Below, in pieces: positions 25,543 to 35,051 of a DNA stretch of 37,372 nt. The notes under the pieces are model-generated. The model ran no database searches. It was given only the letters and a program-made list of their open reading frames with translations, and was not told the origin of the DNA. Source of the stretch: an uncultured Anaerolineales bacterium (GTDB lineage: Bacteria > Chloroflexota > Anaerolineae > Anaerolineales > UBA11858); assembly GCA_964621895.1 (NCBI GenBank), contig CAZUMG010000004.1:4697-42068 (forward strand), in the 5' to 3' direction. A program made the translations under genes and the position numbers. Positions within the stretch are counted from its first letter, which is position 1. The number at the start of each line of letters is the position of its first letter.

Positions 25543-25579
25543 AGATTAGAGCTCTCAACCTGGTTGAGAGCTCTAATCT
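25543..25579 (-). terminator. Long perfect hairpin downstream of nrdR; probable terminator
   Basis: AGATTAGAGCTCTCAACC-t-GGTTGAGAGCTCTAATCT (18-bp arms), 13 nt after the nrdR stop. The U-tract is weak. Confidence 0.45.
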
Positions 25580-25591
25580 CAGAAGAAATCC

Positions 25592-26041
25592 TTAAGCATC
25601 TAATAAAGCGTCTATTTCCCCTCGAATTGCGTTTAAATCTTCCAACCCTAAATAGACAATTGCATAACGAATATAAGCAACCAAATCCATTTCCATTAAA
25701 CCAGCTATGACCAAATCTCCAACAATCCGCGAGGATACTTCAATTTCCCCCATGGCTTGCAGTTCTGATTCTATATCACCCACCAAACGTTCAATATCCG
25801 CAGCTGAGACCGGGCGTTTATCACAGCTAATTTGGATTCCCCGGATTAATTTTTGACGGTTGAATTCCTCCCGGGTACCATCCTGTTTAACCACCAGGGG
25901 GGTATCCAGGATTGCCCGTTCATAAGTACTGAAACGCTGCTGACATGATAAACATAATCGTCTCCGGCGAGTGCCTCCCCGCTTATCATGGGAAGTGTCC
26001 AGCACCCGGGAATTGTCATCTTTGCAGTAGGGACATTTCAT
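25592..26041 (-). CDS. nrdR: Transcriptional repressor NrdR
   Basis: MKCPYC...C..C Zn ribbon followed by an ATP-cone. Confidence 0.9.
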   Translation of the reverse strand: MKCPYCKDDNSRVLDTSHDKRGGTRRRRLCLSCQQRFSTYERAILDTPLVVKQDGTREEFNRQKLIRGIQISCDKRPVSAADIERLVGDIESELQAMGEIEVSSRIVGDLVIAGLMEMDLVAYIRYAIVYLGLEDLNAIRGEIDALLDA

Positions 26042-26160
26042 GAGTTTTTTCCTGGTGGAAAATAGGGCTGATCAGATGTGATTTTAGCATATAAATATCT
26101 CCCCCAACAGTGAATACCATCACCAATCCGATCTTTGGTTTTTTCACTCTTAAAGCCGTT

Positions 26161-26184
26161 CTCCTGCTGGATTACCAGCAGGAG
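26161..26184 (-). terminator. GC-rich hairpin downstream of ftsZ; possible terminator
   Basis: CTCCTGCTGG-atta-CCAGCAGGAG. No clear U-tract. Confidence 0.3.
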
Positions 26185-26311
26185 AACATGACCAGACAAC
26201 ATCCAACCCTATCAGGAGGAGGCCAGTTTAGGGTGGATCTACCCACAAATTAACACACCAGTAGAAACCTGGATATAAGATATTTGCCACCATATCAAAA
26301 CAACCTTGCGA

Positions 26312-27430
26312 TTACCGGTTCCGGTTTCGGTTCCGTAAAAATGTCGGAATATCCAGGTTCTCAGTATTGAAAGAACGAGGTACAAATTCCAGCTCGCGCT
26401 GATCCTGTTCCCCCTCACCAACCCTGGCATCCGGACGGTTCCGGCTGACCGATCGTTCCATAATATTCCGGGGCATACCAGTTCTCTCAAAACCAGTTGC
26501 AATCACTGTTATGCGGAATTTCTCCTGCATGGACGGATCAATTACCGCACCAAAGATCAGGTTAACTTCAGGGTGAGCGGTTTCCTTAATTATTGCCGCC
26601 GCCTCGTTTACCTCATATAAAGAAAGATCAGTTCCTCCGGTAACGTTGAAGAGGATACCCCGGGCACCGTCAATGGTGATATCAAGCAAATCGCTGGACA
26701 TGGCCTGCAGGGCTGCTTTTTTAGCCCGATCTTCACCAGCGGCTTCCCCAACAGCCATAAGGGCTGCTCCCCCTTCTGACATGATTGTGCGGACATCAGC
26801 AAAATCCAGGTTAATCAGCCCGGGAACGGTAATCAATTCAGAAATTCCCTGGATGCCCTGACGTAAAACATCATCAGCAACAATAAAGGCATCCTGGAGG
26901 CTGGCTTTTTTATCAACAATTTGTAGCAGGCGGTCATTGGGTATGACGATGAGGGTATCCACCTGCTCCTTCAACAGGGAAATGCCCTGATCCGCAGTTG
27001 CAACCCGGGTGGTGCCTTCAAAAGTAAACGGCCGGGTGACTACCCCGATGGTCAAAGCGCCGATCTCTCGGGCAGCTTGAGCGACAATTGGAGACGCTCC
27101 TGTGCCAGTTCCACCGCCAATACCTGCAGTGATAAAGACCATATCTGCGCCTTTCAGGACACTGTAAATATCATCGGCAGATTCTTCTGCTGATCCTCGC
27201 CCAACGGTGGGATCACCCCCAGAACCTAATCCACGGGTTAATTTATCTCCTACCCGGACCTGGATAGGAGCTCTGGAGCGAAGCAGAGCTTGCGCATCAG
27301 TATTGACGGCGATAAATTCAACGCCAGTAAGACCAGCATCAATCATCCGGTCAACTGCATTGCATCCACCTCCTCCAACACCAACCACTTTAATGCGGGC
27401 AAATGATTCTGTTTCTTTGATGGGTTCCAT
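26312..27430 (-). CDS. ftsZ: Cell division protein FtsZ
   Basis: [33 protein letters not shown] Shine-Dalgarno upstream. Confidence 0.95.
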   Translation of the reverse strand: MEPIKETESFARIKVVGVGGGGCNAVDRMIDAGLTGVEFIAVNTDAQALLRSRAPIQVRVGDKLTRGLGSGGDPTVGRGSAEESADDIYSVLKGADMVFITAGIGGGTGTGASPIVAQAAREIGALTIGVVTRPFTFEGTTRVATADQGISLLKEQVDTLIVIPNDRLLQIVDKKASLQDAFIVADDVLRQGIQGISELITVPGLINLDFADVRTIMSEGGAALMAVGEAAGEDRAKKAALQAMSSDLLDITIDGARGILFNVTGGTDLSLYEVNEAAAIIKETAHPEVNLIFGAVIDPSMQEKFRITVIATGFERTGMPRNIMERSVSRNRPDARVGEGEQDQRELEFVPRSFNTENLDIPTFLRNRNRNR

Positions 27431-27475
27431 AATATTCTCCTCTGTACTAACTAACTACTTTTGCCTGGTCATTGT

Positions 27476-28720
27476 TTATGGAAGCAATCGCTTCATGAAA
27501 TTGATTACTTTATTCCAGCTGACTGTATCATCATGCATTTGCTTCCGGTAGCTGTCTTTCTCATAAGATATTGTGTTCATTAGCACCGTCCATTCCAGCA
27601 AACCTACGCTTGTTGAATAGGCTGGATTGTATAGCTGGTCAGTCATCCCTAGAAGATTTTCGGGCTGGGCTACCCTGACCGGGAAATTAAACATTTGCCT
27701 GGCAAACTGGCTGATGCCCGGCAGAGAGCTGGTACCTCCTGTTAGCACCATACCAGCGGGAAGCAGCCCATCATATCCTGATCGCTTAATTTCCTGAATA
27801 ACATAACTGAATAATTCTTCTACCCGGGCTTCGATAATCAGGGCCAGATCCCGTCTGCGAAACTCAGCCTCGGCATCATCCCCGAAGGGGCGAATATAAA
27901 ACAACTCATCTTCCTGAACAGCAGAACGCATTGTATGTCCATGTTGGATCTTAACCTTTTCAGCCTGATCCAAAGACAGGCTTAGACCGTGGGTAATATC
28001 AGAGGTAATTAAGTTTCCTCCAATACCCATAACCATGGTATGCCATACATCTCCGTTGATATAAATCGCCAGATCAGTTGTACCTCCCCCGATATCACAA
28101 ACTACAACACCCATCTCCCGTTCTGTTTCCGTTAAGACTGCCTCAGCTGATGCCAGGGGATTTAACACAAACGCTTCCACTTCAGCACCAGCAGCATTAA
28201 CACACTGTTCCAGGTTATCCAGGGAGGTAGATGCAGCGGTGATGATATGGGCTTCCACCTCGAGCCGGTATCCGTGCATACCAATCGGTTTGTGGATACC
28301 ATCCTGTCCATCTACAGTAAATCCCCGCTGAATCACATGAACAATATCCCTGTTATGAGGAATGGAAACAGCCTTAGCAGCATCCAAGGCGCGGAATACA
28401 TCATGCTGATCAATAACCCCACCGGTGACTCCGCTGGCGCCATGGCTGTTGATTGATGATACATGGGATCCAGCCAGACTGACCTGGGCTGAGGTAATTT
28501 CCAAACCTGAGGTCCGTTCGGCTTTGTCAATAGATCGTTTTATTGCTCTGCTGGTAGCATCAATATCCACAACAACACCTTTTCTCATCCCCCGGGAAGG
28601 TTCGATACCTACGCCGAGAATGCGAAATTTATTCTCCGCTTCCACCCGGGCAACCAGGGTGCAGACTTTTGTTGTGCCAACATCAATTCCTACGATGATT
28701 GGTGTATCCAGCGTGCTCAT
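27476..28720 (-). CDS. ftsA: Cell division protein FtsA
   Basis: Actin-like ATPase: GIDVGTTKV, DIGGGTTD. ATGA overlap with ftsQ. Confidence 0.9.
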   Translation of the reverse strand: MSTLDTPIIVGIDVGTTKVCTLVARVEAENKFRILGVGIEPSRGMRKGVVVDIDATSRAIKRSIDKAERTSGLEITSAQVSLAGSHVSSINSHGASGVTGGVIDQHDVFRALDAAKAVSIPHNRDIVHVIQRGFTVDGQDGIHKPIGMHGYRLEVEAHIITAASTSLDNLEQCVNAAGAEVEAFVLNPLASAEAVLTETEREMGVVVCDIGGGTTDLAIYINGDVWHTMVMGIGGNLITSDITHGLSLSLDQAEKVKIQHGHTMRSAVQEDELFYIRPFGDDAEAEFRRRDLALIIEARVEELFSYVIQEIKRSGYDGLLPAGMVLTGGTSSLPGISQFARQMFNFPVRVAQPENLLGMTDQLYNPAYSTSVGLLEWTVLMNTISYEKDSYRKQMHDDTVSWNKVINFMKRLLP

Positions 28721-29670
28721 TGTTCCATCCTGAAATAAGGTGCATCCAAAAACTCAACATTAATTATTTTGGGGGTAATTCCCCTCCCCTCAAGGTACTT
28801 AACCAGTGATTGATATACATTCATTTTCTGCTCTGCATCATCGTCGTTAATACCAAAGTAGACATTCCAGCCCCGATTATCACGCCAACCAAACCCGTGA
28901 TCCTGGTCGTAGATCATATCTACATTTTCAGGAATATAGGCAGCCAGGGTAGTTACAGAGTCAACAATGCGGGGATCGACAAAATGATTGTCGACTGTTG
29001 GCGGCATTAAAGTTGATTTGACTTGGACAACATCAATGCCCTGATCTCTGGGTTCAAAAGCGACTCCATTTTCATCAACCCAGCGGACGTTGCCATCCCA
29101 ATTCCAGGCCAGGACAGGTTTTCGTTCCTTAAGGGCAATCACCACTTTAGCCGGCCAGCCGACATGCACTTCCACATCAGACAATCCTGGATAGGTCAGG
29201 CTCAAATCTTCTTTGATTCGTTCCGGATTGATAAAAAATATAGCTGAGCCGATGATATTAATTGCCTGGGATATTTCACTCTCTGAAAAACGCTCTAAAC
29301 CCTCCATCTCAATACTCTTTACCCGGAAAAATCCTGCCTGGGTGAATAAAATTAATCCCAGCAGCAAACTAATAGATAGTCCTCCAGACAATATCCGCCA
29401 CTTATTGCTCACCACGGGCATTGCTGGCAGGCGTATTTCCGCTCCCGGTGAGGAGAGGGCAACATCGACCCGACGGCGGGGTATTGGCCTGTTGTCCACC
29501 GCGACAGAATTTATTCCAAGCTCACTGCGGGACAGAACAGGCGGATTCCGCCTGGCATTGACCTGGGATGGTCCCCGCCGGGCTTCCCGGGTATTCCCGG
29601 GGTGAGTCCTTTTTTCTGTTCTGGTCCGAATTGTTTTATTCATATTTTCTACTTCAAACCTTATACTCAT
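28717..29670 (-). CDS. ftsQ: FtsQ/DivIB-like division protein (basic cytoplasmic tail, one transmembrane helix, POTRA domain)
   Basis: Position between ddl and ftsA. Transmembrane segment ILSGGLSISLLLGLILF followed by a POTRA-like VKSIEMEGLERFS. The start is ambiguous (29670 or 29643). Confidence 0.7.
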   Translation of the reverse strand: MSIRFEVENMNKTIRTRTEKRTHPGNTREARRGPSQVNARRNPPVLSRSELGINSVAVDNRPIPRRRVDVALSSPGAEIRLPAMPVVSNKWRILSGGLSISLLLGLILFTQAGFFRVKSIEMEGLERFSESEISQAINIIGSAIFFINPERIKEDLSLTYPGLSDVEVHVGWPAKVVIALKERKPVLAWNWDGNVRWVDENGVAFEPRDQGIDVVQVKSTLMPPTVDNHFVDPRIVDSVTTLAAYIPENVDMIYDQDHGFGWRDNRGWNVYFGINDDDAEQKMNVYQSLVKYLEGRGITPKIINVEFLDAPYFRMEQ

Positions 29671-30769
29671 ACTTGCGAATTAGCTGGTCTTTCTCATATT
29701 TCCTCTCAAGAGCAAGGCGAATGAGTTGATCAATTAATGCCTCATATGACAGCCCTGAAGCTTCCCAGAGTTTTGGGTACATGCTGATGGGCGTGAACCC
29801 GGGAATGGTATTAAGTTCATTGAGGAAAATCTCACCAGTTTCTTTTTCCATAAGAAAGTCAACTCGGGCCATCCCGGCACAATCAATCGCCTGATAAGCT
29901 CGCAAAGCATACTCTTGGAGCAATTTCAATTGGTCATCACCAAGCTCAGCAGGAATAATTAATTCTGAACTGTCATCATGGTATTTGGCTTCATAGGAAT
30001 AAAATTCTGCGGCCGGCCGGATTTCACCAGCGATGGATACCTGGGGATTTTGATTTCCCAAGACACTCAGCTCTATTTCCCGGGCGTTAATCCCCTTTTC
30101 AACTAGAATCCGGCGATCATAACGGGCTGCATCTTGAATCCCGATGGCGGCGTCCTCAATGTCATGGCATTTGTGAACGCCAACCGAAGATCCCATATTG
30201 GCTGGTTTCACGAAAAGAGGGTAGTGATTAAAATCGGCCACACGCTTCAGTACGGATTCCATATCAGCTAACTCAAATCGATGAAATAAAATCGACGGGG
30301 CAACCGGAATTTGATTCGCGATCATGACATCTTTAAACAACCCTTTATCCATACCAACAGCTGAGCCAAGAACTCCAGCTCCAACATAAGCCAGATTGTT
30401 TAGTTCGAATAATCCCTGCATGGTTCCGTCTTCCCCAAATGAGCCATGTAAAACCGGGAAGATCACATCCAGCTCCGCAAAAATCTGCAGCAAGTCTTCA
30501 CCACTTTTCCCGGTTAGGGAGTAAACTTCCGGGCGGGCAGGCACTGGCAGCATCACTGCCGGGGTTAATTGGTCAATCATCCCCTCACTGAGCGCATTAA
30601 GAACATCGCTGCCAACCAACCAATCTCCGGACAGGGTGATCCCAATCTGAGTGACCAGGTATTTTCTGGGATCGAGGGTATTCAGCACTGACCGCGCTGA
30701 GGATAGGGAAACTGCGTGCTCCCCGGATCGTCCTCCAAATACCACCCCTAACCGAATTGGTTTTGTCAT
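29654..30769 (-). CDS. ddl: D-alanine--D-alanine ligase
   Basis: [21 protein letters not shown] and an ATP-grasp body. The ATG at 30769 shares one base with the murB stop (TGATG). The ORF-track start at 30787 is an alternative. Confidence 0.9.
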   Translation of the reverse strand: MTKPIRLGVVFGGRSGEHAVSLSSARSVLNTLDPRKYLVTQIGITLSGDWLVGSDVLNALSEGMIDQLTPAVMLPVPARPEVYSLTGKSGEDLLQIFAELDVIFPVLHGSFGEDGTMQGLFELNNLAYVGAGVLGSAVGMDKGLFKDVMIANQIPVAPSILFHRFELADMESVLKRVADFNHYPLFVKPANMGSSVGVHKCHDIEDAAIGIQDAARYDRRILVEKGINAREIELSVLGNQNPQVSIAGEIRPAAEFYSYEAKYHDDSSELIIPAELGDDQLKLLQEYALRAYQAIDCAGMARVDFLMEKETGEIFLNELNTIPGFTPISMYPKLWEASGLSYEALIDQLIRLALERKYEKDQLIRKYEYKV

Positions 30770-31725
30770 CAACTTTCCTTGCTCCAATCACCAACAAACT
30801 GAATTTCTAATTCCAGCTCAACAGCGAATTCTTTGGCAACTTTTTCCCGAACCAGCGAGATTAAGGCGGCAACATCATTAGCGGTCGCATTTCCTCGGTT
30901 GAGGAAAAAATTCGCATGGGCCGGGCTAATTTCTACATCACCGATCCGGGAACCCTTTAATCCAGCAGCCTCGATTAAACGACCAGAATAATCCCCGGCG
31001 GGATTCTTAAACATACTTCCCAAGCTGGCTCCCTGGGGTTGGGAAGCCTGACGTTTCTCTGCGATTGCAGAAATTCGTCCCTTGACTTCAGCGGGAGTAT
31101 CCCTGAGCAGCTGGAAGGTCGCGGAAAGAACTACCGCCCGTTTTTTTCCAGATTTGATCACACTTGAACGGTAATCGTATCCAAAATCAGCCGCTGACCA
31201 TTCTGATCGCTGGATCGTGTGTCTTTCTGGATGCAAGATTTCTGCCATCAAAAGACTTTCAGCCACATTTGACCCAAACGCACCAGCATTGTTAACAACT
31301 GCCCCACCAACCGTGCCAGGAATACCAGAAGCCCATTCCAGTCCACTCCAGCCTTTTGTCCCAGTCCTTCGGGCCAGGCTGCCAAAGCTCGCACCTGATT
31401 CTGCCCAGAGAAGGGGCAGCTCACCTTTTTGATCCTTGAACTGAACCTGCCTGGCATGATTGATTACAACAACTTCCCGGATACCAGCATCACTTATCAA
31501 CGTGTTAGATCCGCCACCAAATAAAATAAACGGGATCTGACTCTCCCAAAGAAACCGGATAGAGTGTTCCAGCTCATCCAGGTTCTTCACTACCACCAGG
31601 TAATCCGCCCTCCCTCCGACACCCATGACTGAATACCGTGACATCATTTCGCCCTGTAATAAATTGGGGCCAAAGAAGGATTTTAAGGCAATCGCCTGAG
31701 ATGGAGAGATTACTTGTTGAGCCAT
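30769..31725 (-). CDS. murB: UDP-N-acetylenolpyruvoylglucosamine reductase MurB
   Basis: FAD-binding GGGSN, and [10 protein letters not shown] at 31725 with an AAGGAAG Shine-Dalgarno. GTG at 31731 is an alternative. Confidence 0.9.
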   Translation of the reverse strand: MAQQVISPSQAIALKSFFGPNLLQGEMMSRYSVMGVGGRADYLVVVKNLDELEHSIRFLWESQIPFILFGGGSNTLISDAGIREVVVINHARQVQFKDQKGELPLLWAESGASFGSLARRTGTKGWSGLEWASGIPGTVGGAVVNNAGAFGSNVAESLLMAEILHPERHTIQRSEWSAADFGYDYRSSVIKSGKKRAVVLSATFQLLRDTPAEVKGRISAIAEKRQASQPQGASLGSMFKNPAGDYSGRLIEAAGLKGSRIGDVEISPAHANFFLNRGNATANDVAALISLVREKVAKEFAVELELEIQFVGDWSKES

Positions 31726-31735
31726 GCTCACTTCC

Positions 31736-31927
31736 TTAGAGGTCCTTGATCCGGGCTACTACTTTGTTAACCACTTTTGGAGATAGTTTTTTTCCCGCTT
31801 TGTTCAAACCATTTAACTCGGCTTGAAGCTGTGGGTCTTCCTTGACAATCCATTCCAATTTTCTGGGAGAGTTATAAGATATATCAACCACTTGCTCTCT
31901 ATGATCCTGGTACACATTTGCTGTCAT
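31736..31927 (-). CDS. 63-aa soluble protein of unknown function embedded in the dcw operon
   Basis: Strong GAGAGGAG Shine-Dalgarno 7-8 nt before the ATG at 31927, directly after the murC stop. Its own stop overlaps the murB Shine-Dalgarno. Confidence 0.55.
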   Translation of the reverse strand: MTANVYQDHREQVVDISYNSPRKLEWIVKEDPQLQAELNGLNKAGKKLSPKVVNKVVARIKDL

Positions 31928-31942
31928 GGTTATTCTCCTCTC

Positions 31943-33331
31943 TTAATTACTGCTTTGGGCAGACAAAAAAGCTTCTAGTTGATCATTAATTTCAATGGCA
32001 TCACCAGCTGAAAAAACCAGCAGCAGATCGCCCGCAGTCAACTCGTTTTTCAAATAGTCAACCGCCTGGGTTTTCCCTGGGATATAAGCGATATGACCGT
32101 GATTGATCTTTTTAACCAGCTCAGAAATAGAAAATCCCACCGGTTGCTGCTCCCTGGCAGCATAAACATCCAAAACAACAACTCTATCTGCTTCAGAAAA
32201 CGCTTCAGCAAAGTCAGAAAATAATGTTTGTGTCCGGGTATAGGTATGCGGCTGCCAAACCGCCCAAATTCTCCTGCCGGGATAAGACGATCGGGCTGCA
32301 CTCAAAGTAGCTCGAATCTCCGTTGGGTGATGGGCATAATCATCAATGATTAGAATTCCCTGGTATTCTCCCCGGACCTCAAATCTACGTTCACTTCCTT
32401 TAAAGTTGCCTAAAACCTGGGCCGTCTCGATACGATCTAATCCCAGGCTATCTGCAACCGCAAATGCAGCTAAAGCGTTTAGCACATTGTGATTTCCCGG
32501 AACCAGCAGGGAGACTTTTAGATGATCCTGCCTGCCAGGGGTATTGGTCACAATCTCAAAATCTGTCCCCATCCGCGAATTGATCTGCAGATTTCGAGCT
32601 ATATATTCCTGCCCTTTCCCCTCAAAGCCATATACTTTCAGATGCTGATCCATATTCAATTGCTCCGCTAGGCGGGCTGATCCAGGATCTTCACCACAGA
32701 TGATTAAAGTTCCTCCTGGCTGAAGATTTTTCACAAAACTGCGGAAGGCTTGCTCAAAGGACTCCACAGTCGGGAAGATATCCGGATGGTCATGTTCAAC
32801 ATTGGTCACCACAGCCCAATCCGGGTGCAAACCCAGGAACATATAGTCATATTCATCCGCTTCAATCACAAATGTTTTTCCTTTTCCTGCCCGGGCGTTT
32901 GTCTCCAGGTTCGAAACCACACCTCCTACAATATAGGAAGGGTCCCTATCCAAGGCGGAAAGAATCCAGGCGATCATCGCCGTTGTAGTGGTCTTCCCAT
33001 GGCTTCCAGCCACAGCGACCACCTGCTTCCCTTCCATTAATCGACCTAAGAATTCAGATCTCTTCAGAACCGGGATGTTTGCCGCCAGGGCCGCTTGAAC
33101 TTCGAGGTTTTCTGCAGGAACCGCAGAAGAGCGAATCACCAAATCTGCACCCAGGATGTTATCCGAACTGTGACCCAGGAATACATTCCCGCCAGCCAGT
33201 TTCACTGCCTCAAATAGGGGTGAATCATTGAGGTCAGATCCGCTCACCTGATAACCCTGCTCCAGCAAAACCTTGGCAATTGCAGACAAACCAGTACCTC
33301 CAATCCCGATAAAATGAATGTGATCCATCAA
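31943..33331 (-). CDS. murC: UDP-N-acetylmuramate--L-alanine ligase MurC
   Basis: HFIGIGGTGLSA and GSHGKTTTT, with Mur ligase middle and C-terminal domains. Confidence 0.9.
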   Translation of the reverse strand: MMDHIHFIGIGGTGLSAIAKVLLEQGYQVSGSDLNDSPLFEAVKLAGGNVFLGHSSDNILGADLVIRSSAVPAENLEVQAALAANIPVLKRSEFLGRLMEGKQVVAVAGSHGKTTTTAMIAWILSALDRDPSYIVGGVVSNLETNARAGKGKTFVIEADEYDYMFLGLHPDWAVVTNVEHDHPDIFPTVESFEQAFRSFVKNLQPGGTLIICGEDPGSARLAEQLNMDQHLKVYGFEGKGQEYIARNLQINSRMGTDFEIVTNTPGRQDHLKVSLLVPGNHNVLNALAAFAVADSLGLDRIETAQVLGNFKGSERRFEVRGEYQGILIIDDYAHHPTEIRATLSAARSSYPGRRIWAVWQPHTYTRTQTLFSDFAEAFSEADRVVVLDVYAAREQQPVGFSISELVKKINHGHIAYIPGKTQAVDYLKNELTAGDLLLVFSAGDAIEINDQLEAFLSAQSSN

Positions 33332-33930
33332 ATAAACACCACCAAAACAAACATAAAGGCGATCACAACAGCAAAGAACAATCCTATTTGATTGCTGGCG
33401 AAAACCGGCGGAAAATATTTCAGCGCATTCAGAGCAGCATCACCCAGGGGAGTTCCCGGCTGGGGAGGTAGAATGTTGGGAGAAAATGGATAGTGTGCTG
33501 CTGCCATATACCACCAGAGCGTTCCTATAATAAAAAATCCGCTGCCTAAACCCAGTACTGCACCCAGGAGAACATCCTGGATTTTTTCCCGGCGGGCTTT
33601 TTCCCGCAGGGCAGCCAGGCGGGGAGTCTGATATCCAAAAAAGGCCAGAATGCCTACAATCGCTGCCCGGGTCCAGAACTGGGTTTTCAATTCCTCCTGG
33701 ATAGGAACCGGAAGATATTCAAACCCAGTGCCAGGTGATAAATTTTCCACCCGGCTTAAAATATCCTCAAAAGGTATCACAAAAGCCGTAAAGTTCTCCA
33801 GAACATAAATCAAGAACAATGCCAGGACAATGCTGAAAATTACCAATAATTCTTTCGCCCATCCGCGCATGGCGCCAATTAAGCCAAATAAGATAACAAA
33901 CAGCCAGAACGCAGATAGGATTGAAATCAT
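33328..33930 (-). CDS. CvpA-like polytopic membrane protein
   Basis: Four to five hydrophobic helices with a CvpA-like N-terminus (FGLIGAMRGWAKELL). 4-nt overlaps with both murG and murC. Confidence 0.5.
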   Translation of the reverse strand: MISILSAFWLFVILFGLIGAMRGWAKELLVIFSIVLALFLIYVLENFTAFVIPFEDILSRVENLSPGTGFEYLPVPIQEELKTQFWTRAAIVGILAFFGYQTPRLAALREKARREKIQDVLLGAVLGLGSGFFIIGTLWWYMAAAHYPFSPNILPPQPGTPLGDAALNALKYFPPVFASNQIGLFFAVVIAFMFVLVVFI

Positions 33931-35051
33931 ATTCTCAACCCTCCTGATCCGGACTGAGAAAGCAGCACAAGCTGGTGAGCAATCGTTTCTGCCGCCTTTG
34001 GTCGAGCCAATTCTGACATTGCCTTGCTCATATTCGCCAGGCGTTCTTGATCTCTAAATAATGCCTGCACACGGGAAAGCAATTGTTCTGATAAATTTGC
34101 ATCCTCAATAATCTCAGCCGCATCCCGATCTGCCAAATATTGGGCATTGGTTTTTTGGTATCGCCAGGCATGAGGATAAGGCACCAGGATGGCTGGGAGA
34201 CCAAATATTGGGTACTCACCAAGGATGGATGCCCCACTCCGGGAAACCACCAGATCAGCAGCCCTTAATGCTGCTCCCATTTCTTCGTGAAGGAAGGGGT
34301 AAAGACGGTATTTTTTCTGTTGATTCGCAGTTAATCTATCCCGGTTTGCTGACATATCTTTCCAATCCAATTTCCCAGCAATATGGACAACCTGGCTTTC
34401 CTTAAGCAGGTCCGTTAAGATCTTGACTGCTGCTTGATTAATGGATCGCGCTCCTTTACTGCCACCAAAAACCAGCAAAACAGGCAGATCCGGAGATAAT
34501 CCCAAAGTTTCCAGGGCGTCCTCCCGGTTCCAGGAGAGCAATGATTTCCTAACCGGATAGCCACTTACAAAAATCGGACTGGTGGCTGGGATGTACCGTT
34601 TACTCTCATCCGCAGTTACAGCAATCCTGGCTGCCAGCCTGGCAATTGTTTTGATGGCTAAGCCGGGTTCAATATCCGGAATAAAAACCAGGCTAGGTAC
34701 TGACCGGCCAGCAAAAGCTGCTGGCACTGCCAGATAACCGCCCGTGAAAAAGAGCACATCGGGACAAAAATCTCGGATAATCCTGGTGGCTTTCCGGTAC
34801 CCCCGAATCAGCCGCGACAGATTACCTGGCAGGCTGCGCAAACCCACACCATGCAATCCAGCGGCGGGGATGGCTTGAAAATCAATCTTCTGCCTGGAGA
34901 TAATTTCTCCTTCCATACCGTCTTCTCCACCCACCCAGAGAACAGCTCCTGCTGCCACCCAGGATGGATTAAGATCGTTTAGTGCCTGCAGGACGGCTAA
35001 AGCCGGGTACACTCCCCCGCCTGTCCCGCCCGCGCAAATCAACAACCGCAC
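33927..35051 (-). CDS. murG: Undecaprenyldiphospho-muramoylpentapeptide beta-N-acetylglucosaminyltransferase MurG
   Basis: GTG start with a GGAGG Shine-Dalgarno. N-terminus RLLICAGGTGGGVYPALAV. GGSKGA motif. Confidence 0.9.
   Translation of the reverse strand: MRLLICAGGTGGGVYPALAVLQALNDLNPSWVAAGAVLWVGGEDGMEGEIISRQKIDFQAIPAAGLHGVGLRSLPGNLSRLIRGYRKATRIIRDFCPDVLFFTGGYLAVPAAFAGRSVPSLVFIPDIEPGLAIKTIARLAARIAVTADESKRYIPATSPIFVSGYPVRKSLLSWNREDALETLGLSPDLPVLLVFGGSKGARSINQAAVKILTDLLKESQVVHIAGKLDWKDMSANRDRLTANQQKKYRLYPFLHEEMGAALRAADLVVSRSGASILGEYPIFGLPAILVPYPHAWRYQKTNAQYLADRDAAEIIEDANLSEQLLSRVQALFRDQERLANMSKAMSELARPKAAETIAHQLVLLSQSGSGGLRI

Noticed and set aside
26075-26095. AT-rich CATATAAATATC segment upstream of nrdR as an NrdR box
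   Set aside because: It only partly resembles the palindromic NrdR-box consensus. There is no second box at the usual helical spacing and no nrd gene nearby.
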